A DNA stretch of 64,000 bases, from assembly GCF_009914755.1 (NCBI RefSeq), contig NC_060930.1, one strand, 5' to 3'. A model generated the notes under the pieces. It worked only from the letters and a program-made list of their open reading frames with translations. It did no database searches and had not been told where the DNA came from. Made by a program: the position numbers and the translations under genes. Below are positions 52,582-64,000 of the stretch, piece by piece. This DNA comes from the human T2T-CHM13v2.0 reference genome, Homo sapiens. Every line of letters starts with the position of its first letter. Positions within the stretch are counted from its first letter, which is position 1.

Positions 52582-55500
52582 GAAAAGTGAAGGGTGGGGG
52601 TGCTGGCCACCTCCCATTTCTTTGCCTGGGTGGTGGTGACCATGGCGCCCTTGTGTCCTTTCCATTGGTTACTGAGGACCATTGCCCTCATGGGCCCAGG
52701 CCACAGGCACCCACCTGTCAGCCTCACCTGCCACCTCTCTCCATGTTGGCTTGTTGCCCCTGGGGCTGGCCTGGGCATGGGGGAGCTTATCTCCCCGACC
52801 AGGGGCTTGGCCATGTCTCCTTCACAACCCCCGCTCCCCACGGACTGAGCCTCCACTCTCTGCTGGGCTGAGGGCTCTGTGGTGCCCAGGAGCCCTCCCA
52901 GCCACGTGCCAGCCCATCCCATCATCAGCACTTGCTTTTAGCTTCAAGTGTTTAGGTCGCTTTGGTCCTGGTGGCCCAGGGGAGAAGTGCTCTGTAGGAC
53001 CAGCCAGGCTCTGGGGAACTCCAGGCTGCCCGGGGACTTTCTGGTAGCCACTCACTTGTCCCTGTTCCCTGGAGATGAGGTCCTTGCCCTGGTGTGTGGT
53101 GTGACACACCTTGACTTGGCCTCCAGGCCCAGCTGGACACACGAAAAGAGTTCCTGCCCCAGTCAGAAGGCCCCTCAGGGAAGGGCAGTACCCCTCCAGC
53201 CTGGGAAAGGAGGTGAACCCGTGTCCTTTTGGAGTCCAGGGCAGGCTCCCAGCAAAGCGAGGGGGAGGCGAGCTGGCAGCGCGGCTGTGAGGGAATGAGA
53301 CTTTGCCATCAGTCCTCACCAATGACATCTACTGTTAGTGCCACCCCATCGTCCCCATACTTCTCTTTATCTGATGATAAGGGGCATCTTTAAAGTGCTA
53401 GAAGACAGGAGGGACAGAGATCTGGAAGGGCATGCCCCGAAGGAAAGAACCGCCACAGGCCAGGGAGCTGCAGATGTGGGTCTAGGGCCGAGGCTTTGCA
53501 GCGTATTCCTTTTCAGATGCGAGGCCGAGCTGCCAAGCTGCTATCTCGTTCCCGGAGCACAGGAGGGCTCTGCGTGCTCTGTGGGCAGGGGACTGGAGGG
53601 TTGCAGATGCAGGGCCGGGCAGCTCCTCCAGCACCCCCACCAGCCCACCCTCTCTTCCCAAGGTCAGCAGCATGCTGCTTCAGGCCAAGGGCCTCTGGGC
53701 AGGTGATGCCCATGTTTAAAAAGAAGCATGTGAATGGCTCATTTCAAAATGTTTGAACTCTGCCCTTGATATGACTGTCTGGCTCCTTTGTCCCCATCTG
53801 GGTAGAAAACACACTGGGGAAGGAAGTGCTGTGTGTGCAGGAGCTCTCTGGCTAATTGGCAACCCGGGGCTGGGGGCTGACAGAGTCAGCAACCATGCTG
53901 GAGGGCCCCCCACTGTGAGCGGGCGCCCACCGTTCCTTACAGGAGCCTCCTCCCATTATGAAATGCCTGGCATCCCAGGAGTGTTCCACTCTCCCACACA
54001 ACAGGGAAGTGGCAGAGATCAGAGCTGAGGGGATAGGAAGCAGCTCAGCCCTGCAGCTGGAGCTACCGGGGAGGATGGAGAGCTGCAGACCCTGGCTTCT
54101 CCTCAGGAACGTGTCCACCCTGCCCCGGTAGCCCTCTGATGTCTGCCATCCTGTGTTCACACGGAAAGACAGTCTTCCAATTTAATCACGCAGTTTGATG
54201 CTACCCTACTATTTCCATATGGACAAATCACTCAAAATCAAGTTAAACTAGGAGGAAGCGGCTGACCCGTTGGCTCTTTCTAGAGCGCAGCTGATATGTC
54301 TTTGACACACCTGAAAGGAAACTCCCACGCCCTCACCCTCCTTTGATCAGGGTTGCAGGTTGGCGCCGAAGACCCAAGGACTGCAGTGCTGCTCACGTGC
54401 CATGCCGTCCTGGGGAGACTCCCAGGCTGATGCTGATGGCGACAGAGGCCGGAGCTCTGGGGACAGCGGAGGGGCAGGCAATGTTGTGCGCAGTTACCCA
54501 GGGCAGGCAGCACTGGAATGGAAATCACTAAGTAGGAGACGGAGCCACATCAAGCCACCATCGTCAAATGAGGTCCTTTTGATGAGGATTAGGAGAAAAG
54601 CTTCTTGGAACTGCTATTTTTCAGTCCCCAGTTGAGTACTGTGGTGTGGGGGAAGCACGGAGTCCCAGTTCTGCGTTCCTGACGCTGATGGGCAGGTGGC
54701 TGCCTCTCCAATGCTTCGATAAACACAACTGGAGGGGCAGCTAAGCCACGGCAGTCCCCGGCAGGTTTGGCCACGCCAGAACTCGGTATATGTTTATCTA
54801 CATGGACTTCGGAACAGTGAATTAGCAGCGGGCATAGTAACTATTTCCTTGTCAGCCTCCCAAGCTTAAAGGCTGGATCCATGTCAGGAATGACAGGTGA
54901 GTAACTCAGCCACACGAGTGACTATTAACTCCAGTGTCCACAGGTTGATTTGCTTGTGTGCATTTGTGGCACTTCCTCTGTGGCCCAAGTGCCAGGATGA
55001 GCTGCATCCGTGTCTCATTTAGGAGACATGCACGATGGGTCTCTGTCCCCGCAAGCTGAACCGTTCAAAACCAAGGAAGGAAAATTATAGCATCAAAAGG
55101 GATTAAAACTAGTGATTTGCTGTTTGAGCATTTCAAATAGATCCGGAACACCTATGATTCACTGAGTGGAGAATAACTAAAACAAATAAAAAATCATTTA
55201 GTTGCCAGGGCAATGTATTCCAGCAGAATGAACACTCTATGGAGGCCCATTCCTAAAGGGTGCCTCCAGGTAGCAAAGGCCCAATGGCTTTCTCCTCCGC
55301 CTGAGTGTTTGCGTGCCATTTTTGTATTCCAACACAGGCCTGTCTATGACTTCCTCCTGTTCCCTGCGCCTGGGCTAGATTAGAGAGGTAGGGTGTTAAT
55401 GGTGGACTTGATGAAGATTGAAGACCCATTTTCTCCCCCTTGAGACCTGCCTGATTTGGATAAATTGAGAAGAACAAAGCAGCCCCTTTCTGTCCTTGGG

Positions 55501-55655
55501 AGAAAACCTGTTCGGTGTCTGCTTTTGCAGCTAGGTCGGCTCCTCCCTGGAAAGGGGCAGAGGTGGGGGCAGTCAACAGAGACCCCTGCTCAGGGAGGAG
55601 ACCGTTTCCTGCCGTTGCCCGAGCCCACCAAGTCACACCAGGCCCGCTGCCTCCT

Positions 55656-55853
55656 TTATTGGTGCTGCCGGTTGGGGGAGCGTGAGTTGGAGCCTGGGCT
55701 GGAGGGTAGTGAGCTGCCACTAGGCGCCCGCAGCGCATGGGAGTCGAGCTGCTGACCGGCCAGGCTGGTGTCCCCTGTCCCCGATTCCTCACTATTTTCC
55801 TCCTTCTGGCTGCTCTGCTGCTCTGGACACTCAAAGTGGACACAGTGGAACAC
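55656..55853 (-). CDS. BTBD9: BTBD9 terminal coding exon
   Basis: Minus-strand acceptor tcttttccttttctctcccag|GTG. Phase-0 translation VFHCVHFECPEQQSSQKEENSEESGTGDTSLAGQQLDSHALRAPSGSSLPSSPGSNSRSPNRQHQ* (65 aa, TAA 55658-55656), recognised as the BTBD9 C-terminus. Confidence 0.95.
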   Translation of the reverse strand: MFHCVHFECPEQQSSQKEENSEESGTGDTSLAGQQLDSHALRAPSGSSLPSSPGSNSRSPNRQHQ

Positions 55854-56270
55854 CTGGGAGAGAAAAGGAAAAGACCCCATGAGTGAAGGGTCAGCATGCG
55901 GCCCTGGAGTTGCCGCAAGTTGGGATACTGCCCTGCCCAGCTTTGGGGGCCACCACGAGGGAGTTAGAGGAGGTCCTTCCCACTGCCCACGCCTGCCCCG
56001 GCGCAGACACCTGATGGCAACTAGCATGCTGTAAACACATTTTGATCAGTCAAGAGGAAAGGAAATGAGCCAGTGGCCCAAAAGTTAGAGACACCATGAC
56101 ACGGATTCCCACAAAATCTTCACACTGGATTACTCCGTTTTTGCCAACCTTTGTCTAATGGGCTCTTTTTTCTTTTTTAATTAATTTTTGTATTTGGCAG
56201 TTGGGTTAAAAGTCAACAGGAGTTGACTGGTGGTGGTGGTGGTGGTGGTTCGATTCTGTGAGGTTGTGGA

Positions 56271-56520
56271 AAGCAGGTCCACAGATAACGTCCACCATCT
56301 GTGTGGCATCTGCGTGGGTTGTCTCTGGGTATTCTGGTTTTCTCCCGCGTCCCAAAGCTGTGCACTTGAGGTTCATTGGTGTGTCTGCAGGGTCCCAGTC
56401 TGAGTGCATGTGAATGTGTGTGAGCGTGCCCTGCAATGGCATGGTGTCCTGTCCTGAGCTGGTTCCTGATGCATAGTTCTCCTGGCCCTGCAATGGTTGA
56501 GCACAGACCCTGCTAAGCAG
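56271..56520. mobile_element. MER6-like (TcMar-Tigger) fragment
   Basis: agcaggtccacagataacgtc; tctgcgtgggttgtctctgggtattctggttttctcccgcgtcccaaag. Confidence 0.7.
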
Positions 56521-59305
56521 CCGTGCTGGGGAGTGGACTTCAACCTCATGTGGCTCCAGCCAGCCTGGAACAAACGCCCCCAATGTGTAGAAGCCAGCCA
56601 CCTGGCCGACAGTCACCCTCTAGGAGCTAAGAAGAGTTTGCATACCTGACAGCAGGTCAGCCTGGAAGCACCATGAACTCTGTGCCAACACCGTGCCAGC
56701 ACTGTGCAGACAGGGCACAGCACCGAGCTCAGCGCCCCGCAAGCAAGGGTAAGCCATGGCCCTGACCTGGAGAGTAGACAACGTGCTTCGGGGGGTCCTG
56801 ACATGCATGTGTGAGCTGTGGGGTGCAGGAGAGAAGGGCGGGGTGGGGGCTGTCGTTGCCACTGCACGAGCATGTGTGCACATACATACACACGGCCTTC
56901 TACCGTAGAATCAAGTTCACAGAGACAAATGTAGTATCAACTGCAGAATTATATTGAAAATATAAATTCCACGCTTACCTCCCTGCATCACTGTTTTTTC
57001 CATATTCCCACTTCAATTCATTTATTGACCACTGTTTTAAATTTCACATTTTCTCATATGAAGACTGAGACCGTGTCTTCCTGGTGTGTCCACTCTGTTT
57101 TGGGAGCTGCCATTTTCTCTTAGAGGGAGCTGATTTCTCTCCTTATAGGGCAGGGGCTCAGGCGCGGTCCTCGCCTCCTGCAGACCCCTCACTGCCTCAC
57201 GGCTGAAGCTGTCCCCACTTAGCCTATGTCTCCCTCCTTTTCCTTTCTTTCCTTCCTTCCTTTTTTATAAAATCTCCTTCTGTGGGTCCATCTGCAGGGC
57301 TTACCAGTCAACAACTGGAGGGGCTAGGTCCTAGGGGAAGGCCTTATGTGGAGATCTGAACACTATTTGGGCCATCAGCTCTGCCCTGGGCTAGGCCAGG
57401 GGAATCTGAGAATCATCCTCTAGGTGACAACCATTAATCCACTCCTTCATCAGCTTCACAATCTTGCAGCTCTTCAGTAACAACACCGCCCTGGGCATGT
57501 CGGCCACTCATGGGTCACTTGCCTTATAAGTGTTCCTTCTTCCACACCCAGGGATAGGTGAGGTCAGGCTCTGCGGGGCCAGGACACGCCTTGAGAGTGC
57601 AGTCCCGGTCCTCAACACCCCCCCCACTAAAGCTTCTCATAACCCAGCAAATACGCCTTCTCTTTTGCAGTATGACCCAGAGCCATATTCTGTTCCCACG
57701 CCCACACGCAGGACTTTTCAGGACAGGCTGTGTTTTACTGCTCCTTCCCCCTGCTGACACAGGAGCTCTTTATCCGGCCCCACCATGTTCTTTAATTGGT
57801 TATTTGTGTAATCCCTGCTCTCCCTGCTCGGTCAATATCTCCGGAGGCCGCTCCCCAGAGCCTCAGGCTGACACTAATCCTGGAATTGACTTACGTTTGT
57901 CCTACTCCTTATTACCTTTTCTCAAGCTCACTCCTCTGGTATTGAATGGTTTTTCTCTCCTTTTGCTCTTGCAACGTTCTCTACAGTCCTGTTAATTTCC
58001 AGGCCAGCTCTTCCCCCACCGGCCCCGCAAGCCTTCAGGGTGCCTCCCGCTCCGTGGCCCACCCCGCTGCCTGCCTCCTTCTACTGATCTGTCAGCTCCG
58101 ATCTGACTCAAGGACCAAGGCTTAGTCGTCCTTCTACCTGCTCGGGTTCTTGCACAAGAATAAACAAATCGATAAAAACCCTGGATTGAGAGATAAAGTT
58201 AAAAAAGACCTCAGAGTGGCCTGGTGCTGCGGCTTGCTCTTCACAGCCGGCCTCTCACTGGAGGAGGGATCAGGGCGGGTCTCTGCTCCGCACTGCGCTG
58301 GTAAGAGCCTGGGAAGAGATGCTGTCTGTGGTGAGCACGTGATAGACATTCCACGACCCGACCTGTCGGTGCCCTGGTTCTCATTGTTTCTTCTCATTTC
58401 CAGCTGCATTTATCTCTTGTCTAACTTGGGCAGTGTTAAGGGCACAACTGTGTTTAGCCCATTAGCCAATTTGTTTTCAGATAATAATGCAAATGGCTGT
58501 TACTCCCAACACACCTAACAAGACTGACAGCCAATCTCAACTGCTTCTGTGTTTTCCTATGGATATTTCTTCTAAAGAACTCCTAACTATCTCTCTCCCT
58601 GATGCCACAGAGCTCACGGCAGGCCCTGCCATCAAGTTAGGGGACCCTGGAAGCCCCTGGAAGCCCTAGGCCGTAACTGCCTGACTGAGCTCCCTGTGGC
58701 TCTGCAAGGAACTGGGGCCATCTCAGAGCTGCGTCCCAGTCTGTGGCCCCAGAATCCCAACTAAATGAAGTGCAGTCTCCCTGAGCATCTCCACCAAGCC
58801 ACGCAGGTGCTGCCAGATTCAAAGGCAATACACAGGCAGGAGTGAGTTACCTGTATTAAATCACAAACTGTGTGGCGAAGATTCTAAGTGGAAAAGAGTG
58901 TTTTTACAAATGGATAGGCGGGTGAAGACACAGAACCTGCCATGGGTGGGGGTGGGCAAGCTACAGGTGACAGGTGGGGAGGGAACAGCCTCTGCACACC
59001 AACAGAGACAGGATGAACATCACATATGCAGCAGACACGGCCAGAGGATGACGCTGCACACGTGAGCAGGGTCAGGAGGTACACACGTACCACAAGCATG
59101 AAGCACCTCCTACGTGCCTGACTGGGCGAGGTCCCAGCTGCCCTCAGAGGGTGTACGGTCCAGTGAGGCCAGCAGACACATAAGCCAGGGAGAAGGAGCC
59201 CCAGGGCATAGAGGAGTGGGACCCAGCCAGGCAGGCGGTCAGGGAAGGCTTCCTGGGGGAGGAGACATCTGAGGTGAGTCTGGAAGGAAGAGGCAGCCAA
59301 GCTAG

Positions 59306-59821
<516 letters not shown>

Positions 59822-62375
59822 TACGAGACTCTTTAAAAACTAATATTTCTTAAACTAAAAAAGTTATTTAAAAAGGAATATACATTTGTGGTGACAAATT
59901 CAAATAACAAGTATTTTAAAAATCTAGATGACAACAAACCTTTAAACCTTGGAATCCCCTGATTTAGCAATTTGGAATCAATAGGCAGGAGTCATTTTCA
60001 AATCAAGAAAGATCAGAATTTGGTAACAGACTGGATGAGACTGATAAAGGAGAGCGCCCACAATGACTCTCAGGGTTCCCTGGAAGGGACGGGGGCAGGC
60101 ATACTGCGGTGCTACAGAAGGTGGCAGCAGCAGGTCCCAGGGCTCCAGTTACAGCAGCTCAGACCTGCACTCATGCCAAGGACTCTCACAGACCCTTTCC
60201 CTGCAATGATTTCACTGAGTGCAGACTCCAGCAGGTGCGCCCACAGCGCAGCTCCTGCCCTCAGGACCTCTCAGGCAGTTGGGGGCAGAGGCACCTCTGT
60301 GCAGGGGCCTGTGTTCACTCTTCTGCAAATGGCGAGTGGCAGGCTGGGAATGAACCTCAGGGCTGTGCCTTCCTTAAGCCTGGACTGTTCCACTGTATCA
60401 ACATACCTGCCTCACACAAACAATTCTACCAGCACGGGATCAGTAATATTTCATACATCAGAGGTGTGTGAGAAACTAATTTTGCCTGGAAGAGGGGTCA
60501 GGGCAGGCTACAGAGAGGAAGGTGTGCACAGGTGAGGCCTTGAGGGGTTGGGAGGCAGGGAGGGGAGCTGCTTTCCAGGCAAAGGGAACGAGGAGAAGAT
60601 TTCCACATAAAGATCTGGGCCTTGGCACCTCACTCCTGGCAGCCTGTCTGTAATTCACTCTGGTCACCCCTCTGTGGAGCAGTGTGCCTGCCTCAGTCAT
60701 CTCTGTTGATGATTTAAGCCTAGCAGCCTTCAGCCAAATGTGGCAACTGTGTAAGCCAATACCCAGCTAGCTCCTGGACCACTCGGATGCCCATCAACAT
60801 GTACGAGGCTGGGGTTACTTCTCCTGGGATCCCAGAAATCCTCAGATTTGCACGCAATGCAAATGGGCATTCGGGGGGGCCTGTGGGTGGTCCCGATTCT
60901 GTTCTTGGGAGCGGGAGTGAAAAGCAAGCCTGTCGTGGGGAAACTGGCACCTTCACTGGTGGCCACGCTGCTGGGGCTGGGCGTGAAGCTGCCTCCGGCC
61001 CTTGGAGAGGAGTGTGAGGGAAGGGAGGCGGCAGTGCTTTTTATACACAGGAGCTGGAGGAGGGTGATGGCAGCTTGGAGGAAGTCATCACTGCCATGGT
61101 AGGGGGGAAATCTGGAAATATTGGGCATGTGGCCCTCCCCTTCCCACCGTAACCCCAAGCTCCTCAGCCCACTTCTTTCCACCAGGCACCTTTGGGCTTC
61201 CCTCTAGGTGGAACAGCCAAGTCCTGAGTCTCTTTGCTCAGAAGCTCAAGTGATTCAATTTCTTTTCTCCAAACTTTCCCAAGACTGCAATACCTCTTGG
61301 AAAGGACGTGACCAAATGTGGCTGAGACACACTGGGCAGAGCCGCACTACTCATTTATGCAAAACCATTACTCTGGCCGCCGCATCAGTCTCCCTTCCCC
61401 TTTTCAGCAATCATGTATCCCATTAGCCTGTTTGATTGCCGCTGCTCACAAAGGGGCGCCTTCGCTGAACCGTCTTCAATGGCCTCTGGATCTCTCCCCT
61501 GAGAGAAGCCGGCTAATTTGGAATGTGGTCGTGTGTATGAATCCGACACAGCCTCAGTCACAATCGGGTGTCCTTTTCTGTAGCTGCTGTTTATGATCAC
61601 TTTGCCTTGCCTCTCTGGGAGCCATAATTCACCACATACTGGAGATAGGCTGGGTGTTCTTTTCCCCGTGAATCCTGGACAGGATGTACACAAATGTGCT
61701 AGCCCCTTCTTGGTGACCAGGCTAATTCCTCAGTGGCTTGGTGGCTGCTGCCTCTCATTAGAGGGATTCCCTAAGCACTATTTGCTTGACAAATTTTCAA
61801 GGTTTTTAAAAGCAGAAGCCTTTGCTAATTTTCCCAAGTTGGCCTAAGAGTCCACTGTGAACTGCAGCAGAAATTGGGGAAATTTAATAAATGTTGATCA
61901 ATGACTCTGCCTTGCTTTCCTGGTTCCTCCTGAATAATTTCCACAGACTGCTTTCATGCCAACCAATACAAATAGGATTTCTGATCCAAGTTTTCAACTT
62001 ACAAATACAAGTTGACAAATCTTTATAAAATAGATATCTACCTCTTGATGTCTGTCCATAAGTCAGATGCAAAGCCATGACTTCTAACTTACACTCCCCT
62101 AAAGATCCCCTATTTCCCTTTCACAGTGGCTGATGTGGTGGCATCACACACCCACCCAGCGTTCAGTGACATAACAGATCCTGACGATGGTCACCATTAA
62201 CATCTCTCTTATGCTCGCCTCAGAGCAGAAGGTAACAGTCCATCTACAGACTGCAGAGATGTTTTGTTTTTGTTCTTTAAAAATGAAGACGAGTGCCTCC
62301 AACAAAATATCCCTTTTGATAAACCTTGGTTTTTTATGTGCATCTGAACAGCCCAACACATTGTTTTCAGTTAGG

Positions 62376-62702
<327 letters not shown>

Positions 62703-63614
62703 TTACTTCATAGGGAGACATTTCCAAATTGCGAGCAACAAATTTTCAGTATTGCTTAGGGTGATAGGATACCCAAATATTTTTGCACTAAGTATGGAGG
62801 TAAGTTTCTGGGTGACAATGCTTATGTACGGCAACAGCTTTTAAAAAAACTTTACAATATCATTTTCTCATATTCACATAGGCCAGGATATCCACAGATA
62901 ATTGGAACTCTGATGCTTGGAAGGTTCTGGAAGAAGAGGCTTTCCAATCCCTATCACCCCAGGCAGCCCTGGAATTCCTGCCCTGTTTTTTATGTGTGTA
63001 CACTCCAGAGTTCCAGGGAGAGAGTTACTTTCTTGTCTTAATGGATTCGGCTATAGAGTGGTAGAGGTATCTTTTAGTTATTTTTTTGAAAAACTAAGAA
63101 ACAAAAAAAGGGAAGTGTTCTTGTTCGCAGGCTTCTGGGATGCCTGAATCTCCCCACCTGATAGATGTGGCCTCACCAGGGCCCCCTTCCCACACCAGAC
63201 AGGCACCAAGAGAGCCTAGCCATGGCCCTGCTCTCCCCACAGGGCTGGCCCATGTGTCTCCAGCTGCCTGGGCGGTTCTTCACTTTGTGTGACCAGGCTC
63301 CGCATGTACCTTCTGTCTCAAAGGGCTCCAGCTGCGTCGAGGCTTCCAGCATCACCCCTCACTGCTGGCACAGCAATGGGACACATCTGAGGGGACCCTC
63401 ACAAGCTGCTGTCTCCATGCGTCTCACTGCTGGGAGGCTCCTGGGTACTCATCTGCCCAGGTCTGGGGTCACTTTCTCCCAGGCCAGTTGAGGATGGAGA
63501 ATTATTGTTGCTCCAATATGACAGGTCTAAGGATTGTGCAGTGTCTGAAACAACCATATGTGCTCAATGTTGTCCTGCTTTTCCTCTCTTTTTTTCCAAT
63601 AAAATCTTTCATAA

Positions 63615-63947
<333 letters not shown>

Positions 63948-64000
63948 TAAAAGGTCTTCTTTTATAATTATGAAACAAACTAAATATTTTTCTGCCTTTT

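Larger units (their letters stand above)
49120..55655 (-). other. BTBD9: BTBD9 long 3'UTR (~6.5 kb)
   Basis: Largely Alu/L1-free stretch from the stop codon to AATAAA at 49146-49141; consistent with the known long BTBD9 mRNA. Cleavage site approximate. Confidence 0.8.

Noticed and set aside
55854-56027. N-terminal part of ORF 55656-56027
   Set aside because: Intronic read-through upstream of the BTBD9 splice acceptor at 55854-55855.
59972-60535. 187-aa plus-strand ORF antisense to BTBD9
   Set aside because: Non-ATG start, begins in L2-like sequence, no recognisable domain; expected by chance in GC-rich DNA. A lncRNA cannot be excluded from sequence alone.

Overview
Human (primate) genomic DNA, recognisably the ZFAND3/BTBD9 tail-to-tail junction (chr6p21.2, from recall). 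About 1-32903 is the last intron of ZFAND3 (+). Its terminal coding exon (32904-33058, second half of the AN1 zinc finger) is followed by a ~2.2-kb 3'UTR ending near 35295. After a ~14-kb GC-rich intergenic gap comes the ~6.5-kb 3'UTR and terminal coding exon of BTBD9 (-; CDS 55853->55656), then BTBD9's last intron to the window end. The rest is mostly interspersed repeats (Alus, L1PB/L1MA/older L1, L2, MIR, an LTR12C, MER2, MER5, MER6, Zaphod) plus several minisatellites. Nearly all ORFs in the supplied track are repeat or GC-content artefacts. I see no evidence for a wholly new gene or system. The most interesting local structures are: an LTR12C solo LTR carrying a tRNA-Arg primer-binding site inside its target-site duplication; a candidate ZFAND3 poison exon; an AATAAA fused to the BTBD9 stop codon; a G-rich VNTR just past the BTBD9 poly(A) site; a 90-nt orphan retro-insertion; and old Alus with locally templated inverted insertions. 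Repeat subfamily calls are by eye and boundaries of old repeats are approximate.
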